This document shows, piece by piece, positions 37,901-51,564 of a stretch of 64,000 bases of DNA; the stretch's first letter is position 1, and the number at the start of each line of letters is the position of its first letter. Source of the DNA: Magallana gigas (taxonomy: Eukaryota); contig NC_088854.1 of assembly GCF_963853765.1 (NCBI RefSeq), forward strand, positions 39,494,001-39,558,000. Direction: 5' to 3'. The translations under genes were made by a program, and so were the position numbers. A model generated the notes under the pieces. The model worked only from the letters and a program-made list of their open reading frames with translations. It was not told the origin of the DNA and did not search any database.

Positions 37901-40900
37901 AATAAAGTACCATGTAATGTAAACCTTATTACTTGTTAGTCAGCAATATCGCGTTTCTCAGCTCATTAGCAGTCATTTAAATTTCTCTTTCAGGTTTAAC
38001 GATAGTTTTTTGATTGCTTGCTTCGTGCATGAAGATAATGGCAATACACATGCTAATTGTATGAATAATGTAATATCTAATTCGTTTATTTGCTGTTGTC
38101 AAGCCATTACTTTTTAAAAAATTTAATTATCTATCAATTTCATTAACCGATTGATATATTATTCATTTGTTTCTTCTATAGCTATGATAGTGTGCAACAC
38201 ATTTTTATACATCATCATTTTTTCTATTATCAAGACTTAACAACCATCATTGGGTAATTATAAACAGTTCTGATACTGTGATGCAAAATCGCGTGCATTT
38301 CGCAATATAGTTTATGATGGCTCCAAATGTATCATCATTTGCAAAAACTGTAAAATGTACACTTGTCTAATTTCCCACTTGGAACCTCCATTAATATTAA
38401 AAGAATCGGATGGACTTTTGGTATACTTAAGTAATGATTTCTCGAATAGAATATAATTATACTAGTTTCCCACTTGGATCTCCTAATAATGTAACAGAAG
38501 ATTATAACTGTGAACCTTAGGTATACTGTTAGAACGATTTCACATTCTGAATTAAAAAAGCTTACGTTATTAATACACTTTTAAAAACTGAAAATCGAAC
38601 ATGTCAAGCGCTTGATGATCCAATTAGATACATTTTGTACCGACGTGAGAAAATGTGTGGAATTTTCGCCATCTGATGACCTGATCCGATAAAGTGGTGC
38701 CAAAACACTGCCTAGTCTTTCATCTGCTTGGAGACACTTCATTAAACTAAAAACTAACTATTGATCAAGCATCGACCGTCACCATCACGGTTTATCATCG
38801 GGCGTTCTATCCAGAACGTTATCCGGAGTTAAATTATTTTTTTTTCTTCAGTAGAAACGGGTCTTCCATTTGCTGTTTGAAAAAAAGACGTCTTATCTTA
38901 TTGATAAATGTCCTTGCTCTAGGAAATATTGGTGATGTTTGGGTGGAAATCAGTAACGTTTTTGCGATATCATGAATAATTATCTCTTCATTGACTGTTT
39001 ATAGTGTTCTATGTGTCTCTAAATAACAATGTGAAAAATCATCGTGTAACTATAACTACCCCAATAGTATATTATCCTGTAACCGGACGAAAGGGTTAAA
39101 GCAATATCATGTTATTTTGTGATATACCCATCTTCGTTTTATAAAGGTGCTGATAAACAACCAAAATGTAGGAACTGTGTTTTGCTCTTTTCCTATGTGA
39201 TAATATTGATTCCAAATTCCTCCACATCGTAAATTAATTTATCTTGTTGCATAATTACACTTAACGCTTCTTTGAGACCCCCTCCAGCAATCCATTTTCG
39301 GCAGACATCTTCGATATCACATGTCTACTATTGTTTCATATTAATGATTTCTGGCATTATTCAAAAAAACAAATATATCTGAATTATATATCTATATATT
39401 TTCTTGATATTAATTACAGGTCTCGGACAATGGTCAGATTGGTGGACGTATACAGGATTTTCAGGTAAGGGGGGGGGGGTAAAAATATTGCCAAAACTTC
39501 CTCAGTTCAAGTTCACTTACTGACGACAAGGTTCTGATATATATCCAACTCTTGTCCCAAAAGAGCAGAACCCCACATCATTAAGACTTATATTTAAACC
39601 AGACCGAGTGAATACAATTTATTTAACACGATCGTTTCCAACTTTAGGTCCGTCTAATTGGCGCATCAATAAAGACTGGATTCTATGCAGTGAGGGGAAA
39701 TTACAGTCCCCCATAAACATCTCGGCGGAGAGTCTGCTCTTCGATCCAGGGCTCAAAAACATCATTGTGACGGGAAATAAGGTAGCCAACCAAACTGAGA
39801 TTCCTCATTCCTCTGTCTTTTTCATTAAGGTGTTATTTTTTTCTCTCAAATCAAAGTACTGCTAAAACAGATAATTCAACACGTAGGAAGTTTTTCTGTT
39901 TATATACATCATAGATTTGATTTAATAGGTAATAAAGACAACTCTGTAGATTGAATGACGGTCAGTTTTTTAGGGTGGTCAGACAGTTGTATACCGGAAT
40001 TAAATGGAATATCGGGAATTTGACAGAAGAAAAAAGACAATGTATCACATTTGCATGATGAAACAACTCCAGCAAAATTCTGAACTCATTTATTCATTTA
40101 TATCTTTTCATAATACATAAACATGTGTACCATTATATAAAAAGTGCATGTTTGGGAGGGTAACAGTTGAAATTGACACCCCGAGGAAACCATTGTCAAA
40201 CGACGCGAAGCGGAGGTTGACAATGGTTTTCGAGGGGTGTCAATTTCAACTGTTATCCTCCCAAACAGGCACTTTTTATTTTATTATACTGAATGTCTTA
40301 ATTTTAGAGAATGTTTATATTGCTTTTATATAGAAATGACGTGAATTCTACGGCGAACCGTACGCGCATAATTTACGCGCATGTAGCAATTCGTTGTGTT
40401 ACCCGTTGCTAAGTGTGTTGCTAACGCTGAGGGTAATAGAACGGATTATCAACTGCGTCTAAACCAATCAGATTTCAGTATTTAACATGAAAGTATAATA
40501 ATATATAAATATAGTCTGTTTAGGGGGGTAACAGTTGAAATTGACACCCCGAGAAAACTATTGTCAACCGACGCGAAGCGGAGGTTGACAATGGTTTTCG
40601 AGGGGTTTCAATTTCAACTCTTACCCTCCTAAACAGGCACTATTTATTTTATTATACTGAATGTCTTAATTTTACCGAAAACTTTTTTTCTTTTATATAT
40701 AAATGACGTGAATTCTTTGGCGAACCGTACGCGCATAGTTTACGCGCATGTAACAATTCGTTGTGTTACCCGTTGCTAAGTGTGTTGCTAACGCTGAGGG
40801 TATTAGAACGGATTATCAACTGCGTCTAAACCAATCAGAGTTCAGTATTTAACATGAAAGTAAAATAAAATAAAAATGTCAACTCTATAGGTTTCTGGGA

Positions 40901-43900
40901 AATTGACAAACTTGGGAAATGACGTGACATTCTTCGTGAGCAGTACCGATTCTGTGTCTTTCTCTTTGGGCCCCCTGCCTTACGTTTATAAACTGTCACA
41001 GATTAAGTTTCACTTCGGTCGGAAGGACGGAATGGGAACAGAACACTCAATTGACGGGAAACAATTTGATGCAGAGGTATGATAGAGATCAATTCAATTC
41101 AATAATTAGATAGATCTATAATCACAACAACTGTTTTGAATTCTTCGGGCATTTGTCACAGCCTTGTAATTTAGTCAAATGAGCGATAATTACATGTTAC
41201 CTCTATAATTATTTTTTTTGATGATTAATGAAGCAGAAAACAACTACTAAGGCAACTCAACACAGATTATCTGCTGTTAAATTCGAGCTTATTTTCCAAA
41301 TCCATTCAACATCAACGCCTCTGCTACTGTTCATGGATGTCGAATTGTTATTGAATCTGAGTTATTCGATATCGTTCTAACCGTTTTTTCTTTGACGGGT
41401 AATCATCAACAGACTATTTATGTCACCTGAAATTAGTGTCAGTGCAACCTAACTGAACAACTGAACAATCCTAGCTATAGTAACTTAAGAAACTTTGGAA
41501 TCTCAGAGAAACCTAATATTTTAAGAATGCAAACTTTTTAGAAAAAGAAATCTAACGCTTAACGGTAATATTTAGCACCAAAACAAGATACATGAAAGAA
41601 ACATAATTTTTTTTAATGTTTCTTTAGAGGGAAGCAGGGCAAATTGTTTGCTTAATTTTATGTTAAAGAAAAGGATATGAATATACATATATATATAATC
41701 TTCTTCGTATTTCAATTTGATTTTATCTAAAAATTAATTTTTTTGTTTTTTAAAGTAATCCCTAGTCAGTAGTCTACAAAATTAGTTTCCCTTTTTACAA
41801 GTTTATATGATGCATAAAAAGGATGATAATGAAATCATTTCAACTTTTGATGAACTTGTATGCATGAAGTTTGTGTTTTTGGAGGCAACAATTTTATAAC
41901 TTGTCACACTGTTGCACTTGATCCAATCAATAGCACGCACTTTTTATGTCCAATTTATTAAAGGAATGTCAAATCATTTAATCGTAAAATATGTAGAGTC
42001 AATATCTTTAATAATTTAAGCATGAAAAAAAGCAAAATTTTCAATTTAATGTTCATTTAGTTACTTTGAGTTCTTGTTACTGTATGACAGCATAGTTACA
42101 TTGTGTCATAATCCGAATTCCGCACCAAAAGGATGCCTGTATTTTGTTTTTGCCGTCTTTATGACATTTGTCCATGTAAAACGCTAATAAACAACTAGAT
42201 TAAGGATTTATGTAACAAAACTACCGTTACATAATCTTGTAACCTTTTAGATCTTCCATTTTTTACAATACTGAAGGTCACATTTTGTTCCTTCTAGGTC
42301 CATCTAATGGCCTATAACTCCGATCTTTTTAAAAACTACACGATGGCCGAACGAGCGCCGAGGGGACTGACAATAATCTGTCTTTTTATAAAGGTACTGC
42401 ACTCACAATATTATTATTGTCTTTCAATTGCACTGCCGTTACGATGTTGTAAATTACTTTTTCTATCTATATATCTTTATCAATAGCAACACAATTATAG
42501 AATTAATGATATGGTTAAAATTTAGTCGTACTTCATGTGGTTCCCTTAAGTTTATTAAAGTTATTGATACGATAAAATACCTAAAACCTATTCAGCCTTT
42601 TTGAATAATGGCGTTCCTTACTTTCAGACTAGCAGAGATACAACTCATACAGAACTAAGCAAGATTACAAATATGGTCAGCAAAATTCAGTTCAGAGGCA
42701 AGTGTTATTTCAATTTCTATTTTTTTTTTTAATATAAGTAATCTACTATTTTCATTTTTTTTAAATTGACTTGATTTTGTTACAGGTAACACGACTGATA
42801 TCGATGAAATATCTATCCAGTCGATTTTACCTGCCAACCTCCAGTATATGACGTACGAAGGGTCGGTGACGCAACCCGGTTGCTATGAAACAGTCACGTG
42901 GATACTTCTTAACAAACCCGCCTTTGTTGGAGAACATCAGGTTTTTTGAAGAATTTTATTTCTACGATCAAAATTTTTAAAAGAAGTGAAAGAGCCTGAG
43001 TTTATTAAATAATTTCAAATGCGCATGTTTTTGCGAAGGTAATTATTTTCATGTTGTTGTCGAGAATTGATCATATGGGTTCTAATTACAAAATTACCAT
43101 TGCTGCAGACATTAATTATGTATGTTAGGATTTTCTGGGTTGTTTTTTTTTTAATATGAATTGGGTAAAATTCCAAACTCTCGTTGACAAATCAACCATT
43201 TTCCGGTAAGTTATTTACGGTTTAAGCGATCTAAACTGTTCTATTTCTTCACAGAATAGTATTTTAACATATAGCAATTTATACTATGTCGTGCTAAGTA
43301 AAAATAAGCTCAGTTCTTGGGAAAAAACCCAGATGGTCAACCTTTTAAAATTTAATCATTAAAGGACATTTACAATAGTCCATATTTATATGTGACGCAA
43401 AGAAAACCCCAATACTGCGGAAATACATGTACACATCAAATGATAACAAAGTGAAGCTACATGTAGGTCTATTTCCAATAAAATCCCATAGAATGCATTG
43501 TAAAAATTACGGTATTTGAGTTGAATCCCTCGGAAATTGAGGTAGTAAAACACTTTATTTTTTGAATAATTATTTTAAAAAGCCTTAAAAGAGTATGTGA
43601 GAAATGTTATTAAAAATATAGTGTAAAAAGAATTAGACTAGGTTTCATTAATGATAGCATAACATGTATTCGCCCCCCCCCCTTTTGTGTGTGCTGATTT
43701 ATTTTCGCAAATATGAAGTAAATCTATGATATCTGTTAATTTCCTACGTGATCCTACTTGATATTTTGAGAATGCAAAGTGTTATACACAGTGACTGATG
43801 TAGTTTTTTAAACGATTGGGAAATGATCGCGAAAATAACAGATATACTAGATAATTGTGAAAAATACCGGATATACGACAAAAAGTTCTTACTTCATGTA

Positions 43901-46900
43901 CAACAAACAAATTATCCTTTGACGGAAAATGACAAATGCTGCATGCATAATTTTCTCATACTAGAACAATTACTTTAATATAAGTATAATTACTTTACAG
44001 GTGTATATTATTTAGTAATAAGAATATATGTTTGTATACAGTTGAATGCACTGCGGACTCTGAGGATGGATACCCCCGACCACCCACAATTGTTCATGTT
44101 CGACAATGTCCGACCCATACAGCCTCTACACAGACGAACAGTCAGGACCAATATCAATACGGTATTTGGAAAAATAGTTTATCAAACTTTTATCTACAGA
44201 TGGTAAATGATCAATTTAAATGATTAATTCATGTGCTACTTGACAGAATTCGTTATGACTACGCACTTAATTCTCCAATGATGTAGAAACCCCATAATAT
44301 GAATGCTTTTCAATAATCGGCTCATACAAAATTTTTTTATCGCCGAGTTGTGAATTTATAATTTAATAAAGCTCCTTTAAAGCACATTTTGCTCCGAAAT
44401 TTACAAAAGGCAAATAATAGGCATTAAACTTATATATTTCCAATTCTATAACGAAAAACTTATAAATTATTTACAGACTTTCACTAAAATCAGACAATCC
44501 GGGATATCTCTTCTCTTTAAGAGAAAGTGTGGGATTATTGTTCATTGTTTAAAAGCAATAAAACATCGTTGAGTAAAGCTCCTAAATGCGATCGAAGGTC
44601 TTAATTGCATAAAGGGTGCTAGCACTGGAATGCCGATAGACTTATTTTGGGGCTTCTTTCAATGAGTGGGAGAACACCCTTGCACTGATTTAAGGATATA
44701 AAAATATGTTGTGACGTACTTTGGCAGAGTAATAATGTATCTTAGAACGCTATTGTCTTCATTGTCATCAAATCTCTTCTTTTTTTTATTTTGGATTTAA
44801 AACAATTGAACAAGATAATTACAAAAAAATCAGTCGCTTTTCTCTAATGGTTTTTAAATATTTAAATATGAATGAGAATACATACATGTACATCTAAATT
44901 CCAGTATGGTAGTAGAAATGATGTAGAACGCAAAAATCGGTCAATGATAACTACAAAGTAAATCAGCATTGTTTGAAATCAAATAGGGAAGACGCCTACA
45001 TTGTACAATGTACCGCAATTACACCCACACAATGTACACGTATTTTAAAGATTACACTACATGTATATAGCTGCTTTGATAAAAAACAAAACATTATGTG
45101 ATGAGATTAAGCTCCTTTTCCAAGCTAATTTTCACCTCCATCATAATTACGAAAAAACACGAGAAAATTAGGATGACATTTGATATACAATGTATTGTAG
45201 CTTCGGACTTCCTCCATGCACGGCTAACACGCACAGTCTTTAGTTGTTTTTTTTTCACCATGTCAACGACTGGCAACACTCCCCCAGCGGAAGACGCTGT
45301 TCTCTTGCCATAACATTTGTCAACCTCACAACAGCAATATCAAAAATGAATAAAAGTGACAACAAAGTAACAACAACAACAATACTTGTACTTTGCATTC
45401 AAAAAACCATGAAATTATAATATGAAACAAGTATCATGCAACCAGTGAATTTTCTTGGTTTGTAGATAATTTGTTTTTTTACGAACATTTTAGTGCAGTA
45501 TCATTATTGGCATTTTACTGAAATCAAAGGTATTGGGAATAGACGAACTTATAGCTTTATCTTTTATTTTACCCTTAAAGTCATATTTTGATTCTATAAC
45601 AAAAAAACATGCTGTAATTATGGAAAGAAAATTGTTAATGTGCCCAGAGAAATGACTGCCCTTTTGATTTTTTTTCTATTTTTTAACACATTTTGAAATA
45701 TTTTTTCAGGCATATATTTTTAAAAAAATATAAAATGTTTCATAAGATACATTTATTTTTACTAAAAGGTCAAGTAAATGGTTTAAGTACATGTACTTGT
45801 ATAACTATAAACCCCTTCCAACCCCTGGTACTTACACTTACACCTACATGTACATGTATAATCATACAATATAAATTGTTTGTAAAATGTCTGCTTAAAT
45901 TACAGGAGAAAATTTATACTGTTGGCTGCATGCTAATGAATTATGAAAGCTGTAAAATGAGATCATGTTTGAAAAGTTCACAATAGGGTAGTCAATTAAT
46001 AATGAATCGGGGTGAAAATTGAATTCAAATTGCATATATTTCTTGCAACATTACCCTATCCGCGCTGGCTTATGCACATTCATCATACAAGTTAGCAGGT
46101 GCGTGACGCTGCCATTAAATTAGATGAATGATACCCGCGACATGATTTACAACACAACAGACACACTTCCCTCAATGAACAAAAAAATAAAATAGTTAAA
46201 TAAACTAATAACCAAATAGTTAGACATTGAAAAACAAAAGAGCTCATTTTCAATGAATGAGTGAATTATATCAAAAAGGAAAATTGAAAACCCCACCCTA
46301 TGTCGAGTAGAGCTTTAAAAGCTTAATAATTAATAAGAGCAAGGATGCACCTATTGTACACGTCGAGTTTTAAAGAGTACATCATGATGTTGCATGTATT
46401 GGATATTTCTCTCCGCAATGCCTGCGATCTTATGTTATTTTTTTTATTCTAATACTTTTAATGCCAATATGATATTGTATATGTATTTTCTACACGTTCT
46501 TTTACCGACGCCACTAGTACTTTGCTCAATTATCCCCTAGTATTCAACCAAGGGTCGTTTACCTCACAACAGCTTAAATTAGAAGTCCATTAAAAACTCC
46601 AATATTGATATTTTTTAAAACGATTTCTACACGTTATCTCCTCCTAAACTCCATCTACAGCTTCCGTTTCCTTTTGTAACTCCGGGTACTCGATTACAAA
46701 TTGAATCCATTGTTACTCCTACAATTATATAAACTGTAACCTCGATTAACTATTTACAGCGCCAATACTGTATTTCGCAAACGTCCAATCTAGTCCTACA
46801 TTGTATGTTTGTTTTTTTTAGTTCCAATTATTCTTAGCAGCTTCTACGTGTATGCGTATACTCTATGACGTGCTGGGTACAATGTCGATTGCTTGGTCCC

Positions 46901-47964
46901 AAAAAATTGATTTCTCCGCGCTACGAACACAAACAGTGCAACTTATAGTCATTTTTGATTTGTTGTTTATTAATTAAACAAAGTGGTCACGCTAGGGTTT
47001 GATTAGATCAGATGCCACCCAGCTACGGGGTACAGTAATTACACGTCCCGAGACAGCTTCTGTTTCATCTTTGTCATTTATGTAGGACAGACCAATATTT
47101 TCCCTTGTTTTTTATTTAAACTTGTAAAAGTCGATGTCGGATTCCTCCTGATGATCAGAAAGATATCTTTGATGTAAGCAACAGACATCGCTGACACCTA
47201 TTCACAAGCGATGTTGATAGGAATCGAATTAATTAATCTGAAATCAAATTCAACAAATTCAAAGAATGATACAAAGTGCATGTACTATATTCAATTGAAA
47301 TGTTGTCTTTCGGGTTTTTCGGGGTTTTTTTATTCAAACTTGATATAAATAATAAATAATGATATTTTGTGAAAACCATTGAAGTAATTTTTCTTCTTAA
47401 CCATTAGAAATTAAGAATTATGTGTGATTTAAAAATTACCAATATTGAACGAGTTCAAAAAGCAATATTAATTTTGTATTATTAACAAGTTGCACTGCAT
47501 TTTACTTACGATCATAGGAGATGACTTTGGATAAATGAAAACCAGAAAGTATTCTATTATCTTAATATGACTTATTATAGATAAATCGTGCTGCAAAAAT
47601 ACTTTGTACCGAATGAGTTTGATGAACGCTATATGAATTGTAGAATTGACGAACAGTTTATTTTTTCTGTTCATGCGCAGATCTAACCAGGGTGGGAAGA
47701 AGGGCGTCCCAGACCCCAGGAAATATTTCTGGATCCTCGCATGTTTTTACACATTTATTACACCTAACGATATTTTTTAAAATTCACTTTCAGAATATCA
47801 AATGCCCAATCAAAAGAGAAATTCAGTACATGGGTAAGTATAATTTATATAAAAAAGAAGAAATCATGGACAGACATAATGTTATGTTTTACACAAATCG
47901 CAAGTTTTCTACCTCTTTAATTAACTCATCTATTGCAGTAAATAAGAATATAATCAAACAATAG
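34956..47964 (+). CDS. CA10: Carbonic anhydrase-related protein (CA10/CA11, CARP-A type), secreted, 313 aa
   Basis: Ten exons: 34956-35025, 39420-39464, 39648-39781, 40891-41076, 42298-42393, 42628-42697 (GC donor), 42786-42940, 44042-44161, 47794-47833, 47939-47964 (TAG). Total 942 nt. Motifs: WSDWWTYTGFSGPSNW, QSPINI..LLFDPGL, GTEH, YEGSVTQPGCYETVTWIL, DNVRPIQPLHRRTVRTNIN. His94 is replaced by Lys. The last two short exons are the least certain. Confidence 0.9.
40133..40867 (+). mobile_element. Head-to-tail dimer of a ~367-bp non-autonomous element with a long internal hairpin (Crypton-like by inference)
   Basis: Two near-identical units, about 40133-40501 and 40502-40867. Each has ~55-bp inverted arms around CGACGCGAAGCGGAG and ends ...CCAATCAGA(T/G)TTCAGTATTTAACATGAAAGTA. 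A third, inverted copy is at 56600-56965. Confidence 0.8.
47672..47743. mobile_element. Degenerate short MITE (CATGCGC(A)GATC...GATCC(T)CGCATG ends)
   Basis: Imperfect 14-bp terminal inverted repeats around a G/C-tract core, 50 bp upstream of CARP exon 9. Confidence 0.45.
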
Positions 47965-48092
47965 AAGAAAGGGATGTTACAACTAATTCTACCTCAGTCA
48001 CCGAAGCAATTAGTGTCCCAATTTACCAAGGTAAGAGAAAGAATGAAGAATTTATCATATATATTTATATAAATTGCGCTTGATATGGTTAT

Positions 48093-48380
48093 ATAAGGAA
48101 TAAGGAATCATTCTTTGAGTATTATGAGGTGATAATTTTGGTCAGGGCGTTATCAAATCCAATAAAGCCGACCGAAATTATCATCTCATAATATTCAAAG
48201 AATGATTCCTTATTACTTATATTTATATAATTTTAAGCCATCGTATGGTTCAATATTTAAATATAAATAAGCAAACCCCGCTGGCGCCTCAATTTGGCGT
48301 CATTTGTATTATGGGTTATATAGTACAAAATCGATACGTAGTGTTATCACAGGCAAAGACACTGGAAAATGTAAATATAC
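48093..48380. mobile_element. Hairpin-bearing non-autonomous DNA element
   Basis: Arms of about 50 bp: ATAAGGAATAAGGAATCATTCTTTGAGTATTATGAGGTGATAATTTTGGTC and GACCGAAATTATCATCTCATAATATTCAAAGAATGATTCCTTATTACTTAT (48093-48220). The right boundary is approximate. Confidence 0.6.
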
Positions 48381-49741
48381 TTAGTTCATTTTGATTTCTT
48401 TTCTCAGACATAGTAATATTTGATATTCTCGATACATTTTAACTTCAAATTGCTATAAAAACGTGCATGTAAGTCTCGTGTTTACTGTTATTCGGTTTAA
48501 ATGCATTTTGCGACTGCTCATGTTGTAATTTTCGTGTTTACTCTCATTCGTTATATACAATCATGTATTTCATCTCTGTGTATATTTCAGGTGAAGTCCC
48601 ATCCTTGTCTTTCCGCCAGATGCCAAATATTGTATATATCCACGATTTCCGCCGCCGGTGACCTTCTGATCTGTCATTCAATTTCAATTTGGTGCTATAT
48701 TTTACATGCATATTTTTTTTAATTTTCATTTCACTTTGGAGCTCGTGATTATACCCTATGTTACAATTTTATGTTAGGATATCTATGTTTATGTACACGT
48801 AGTAATAACAGAAATTGAATAAAAAATTATGAAAAAACACCGTTTTGCGTTACCATTTTAGGCAGATGCTTTAATGGCATGTCATTCCCCGGATGATAAC
48901 CAAATGTTATAGATCGCTGAGCTGTGCTGCTGTGTTTGTAGCCAAATTTTCCCTTTTGTTAACTGAATGAGAGCCGTATGGGATGCCGATAAAAATTTAG
49001 TGCTAATATCTGTCACTTCCTTTCTGATTACACTTATCTCATCACGGACGCTTCCGATAACCATCGGAAATTAAAAGCTCGAAAAAGTGAGACGAAAGAA
49101 TTCCCGATTTGAATTAAAACCATCACTAAGGGGAGAAATCTCGATTGGTCACAAAGAGGAGCGTGAAAATAGTCTATAGAAAACCCAGTACTCAATTATT
49201 CTTTTCTTCGCCCCCCAAGACAATCTGATGTGTGCCGATCACCATGTCTTCCAGTTAATTTGATTTCTAACAGACAACTCTATTCAATCTTTTTTCGCAT
49301 AAATACATCTTAAGAGTCATTTTTATACGGTAGATTAGACAATCCACAGTGTTGCTGACCTTAGCAATGTGTCGATCTTAAGAACGTGGTTCAGGCTTTG
49401 CAATACCTACTCCTGTTATCAAGAGTAAAAAATCACTCCGCAACTACATCATTGTCAAAAGTACCAGTCAATCACGTGATTTATTGCGCTCACTCTATCG
49501 ACCCGGCGAGCACCGTCTTGACATCCCGGAGATTTATACGAAATTATGACTCGATCCCGTGTCTGCCGGTAGTGTACAAGAAGAAAACGGGTCAGTGTTC
49601 AATATTTGATGATTGATAATATTAATTAATGTTATCTCATCGATTATTTATTTGGTTTTTAATTAATTGGACTTGTCATATTTCCATTCCGATGATACCA
49701 TGTGTTTCTCTCGTATCCTCATATACTAAGTAGTTAGTTTA

Positions 49742-49818
49742 CATCTTCGACAACCAAGGGTTTACTATTCATTCCGCTCCTCTCGGAGTGGACCGTAAAC
49801 CCTTGGCTAGCGATGATG
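49742..49818. repeat. 77-bp fold-back related in its ends to the one at 29719
   Basis: CATCTTCGACAACCAAGGGTTTAC pairs with GTAAACCCTTGGCTAGCGATGATG; there is an inner stem TTCCG/CGGAG. Confidence 0.75.
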
Positions 49819-49844
49819 CGTAGTTTACTGCATGTACACTAATA

Positions 49845-49848
<4 letters not shown>

Positions 49849-49912
<64 letters not shown>
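49849..49912. repeat. (AG)n microsatellite
   Basis: Seen directly in the sequence. Confidence 0.95.
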
Positions 49913-49916
<4 letters not shown>

Positions 49917-49923
49917 ACAAATG

Positions 49924-50054
49924 AAATGCTTTTTTGCTGCATCAAAATATTTTTTTTAATTTTTTATGCGGTATTTTCTATACGCAATATACGTGTGTAT
50001 AGAGAATACCGTATATAAAATTTCAATAATTTTGATGCAGCAAAAATACATTTT
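49924..50054. repeat. AT-rich fold-back, ~55-bp imperfect arms (MITE-like)
   Basis: TTTTTGCTGCATCAAAAT...TATGCGGTATTTTCTATAC pairs with GTATAGAGAATACCGTATA...ATTTTGATGCAGCAAAAA. Confidence 0.7.
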
Positions 50055-51564
50055 ATTGTAAAGTATATGTACATGTGTATTTAATTATAGAAATATTAAA
50101 TTTGAAAAAGTCCGAAGGGGGGAAATCATGAACTGTATTCGTGTGGATAAACCATTGCTGATAAATGCATGCAGTAAAATTGCAGTGATACATTTATGCT
50201 ATTAATTATAATACATACCAGGGGCTGGACAACGGCCACCGTCCCTCCAAAAAAAAATAACTCTAATATATTTATTATAATCTATATAAAAGGCGATATA
50301 TGATCATTGAAGCGGCGACTACGTGTACAACTTCTGGAGTCAAGGGAGCAAGGAGGTGTGAACTCTATATTGCTTACACTAGCGCCAAGTGGGGCTAACC
50401 CAGGAAGATACCCATAAATATGCCTTGTGTATGTTTGTATTAAATAAATTCATCTACGCAGTTATTGCAACTTTTCAGAAATCTTTATATAATTGTATGA
50501 AAATCAGTCGATTAGGGTACAATCAATACTCGTTTAACGTTATGCATGTGTTAAGAAACATATCAAATTGGTGAAAGAACTATAATATATATGATAAGGA
50601 CTGAAAATGCCACCTAATATTAAAAGATGATTTTATCTATTTTACAAATAAGTTTTTTACTATACATGTGAAGTTTTTATATAACTTTCATTTTGATCCA
50701 AAGCGGCTTTTCTAAAGGTTCATTGTGCGCAGGCTCGAACAAACAAGTATTTTCACTCAAGATTTGTCCATCCAAGACTAATACCTGACATAAAGAGTTT
50801 GCTTGTTCAAAGCACGCTCCATATTTCAACTTAAAAAAAGATCGGAGAAAAATGTCCACATTTGATTTATTTTTATTAAGTTCTAAATAAAACGTCAACT
50901 CAGCCAGCGAGTGAAATAAAATGAGCTAATTTGATGAAATATATATTTCATACCATAGACTCTTCACACTCTTGATACACCTGAAATGTTTTAAAAATGT
51001 TCAATCATCGTGGCCAAATTTAACTCTTATCATATACAACCCTTTGCCTTTTTTTTTATAACAACATAGTATTTTTCAGAAACATAGGTGTTATGTAAAT
51101 TAGATACCGGTATACCGGTATGATTAAACATTTTTTATCAGTATCACTTCCTTCCCCTTTTAGCCCCACCCATCTTTCAAAATATGCATTCCCTTCCCGA
51201 TCGAACCCCACCCCCTTTAAACAAAAAGGATTTAACTCCAAGCTCGCTACTTCTATTTACTTTTAGATTCGCCTCTCCAATATTGAATACACTTTCGACA
51301 CCCCTGCTAGAACAGGATTAGGCTAAATTGAAGTAAATTCCCTGCATTTTACATGTAGCTATTGAAATAAGCCCTCTTTTTGAATGGTTACATTGACACT
51401 AAAAGCTAAACAATGATTATTTGTGACCAATCTCTATCTTTACAACACATTTTCCCAGTATAGAGTACTCAACATGCCACCCGTTGTCATCAAATTATCG
51501 GGTAGTTAGAGTATTTGCCTCGTTTTAGCTCAGACCTGTAGTCGTGTTTACAAGTACATGTATT

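Noticed and set aside
43537-43550. TGAGGTAGTA, the start of let-7
   Set aside because: Only 10 nt match and there is no hairpin.
48882-49064. 60-aa minus-strand ORF with a helical look
   Set aside because: No convincing splice sites, partner exons or recognisable motif.
49383-49549. 55-codon open frame (ERGSGFAIPTPVIK...) in phase with CARP exon 9
   Set aside because: The acceptor is weak, a second frame is also open, and I recognise no motif. Not supportable without transcripts.
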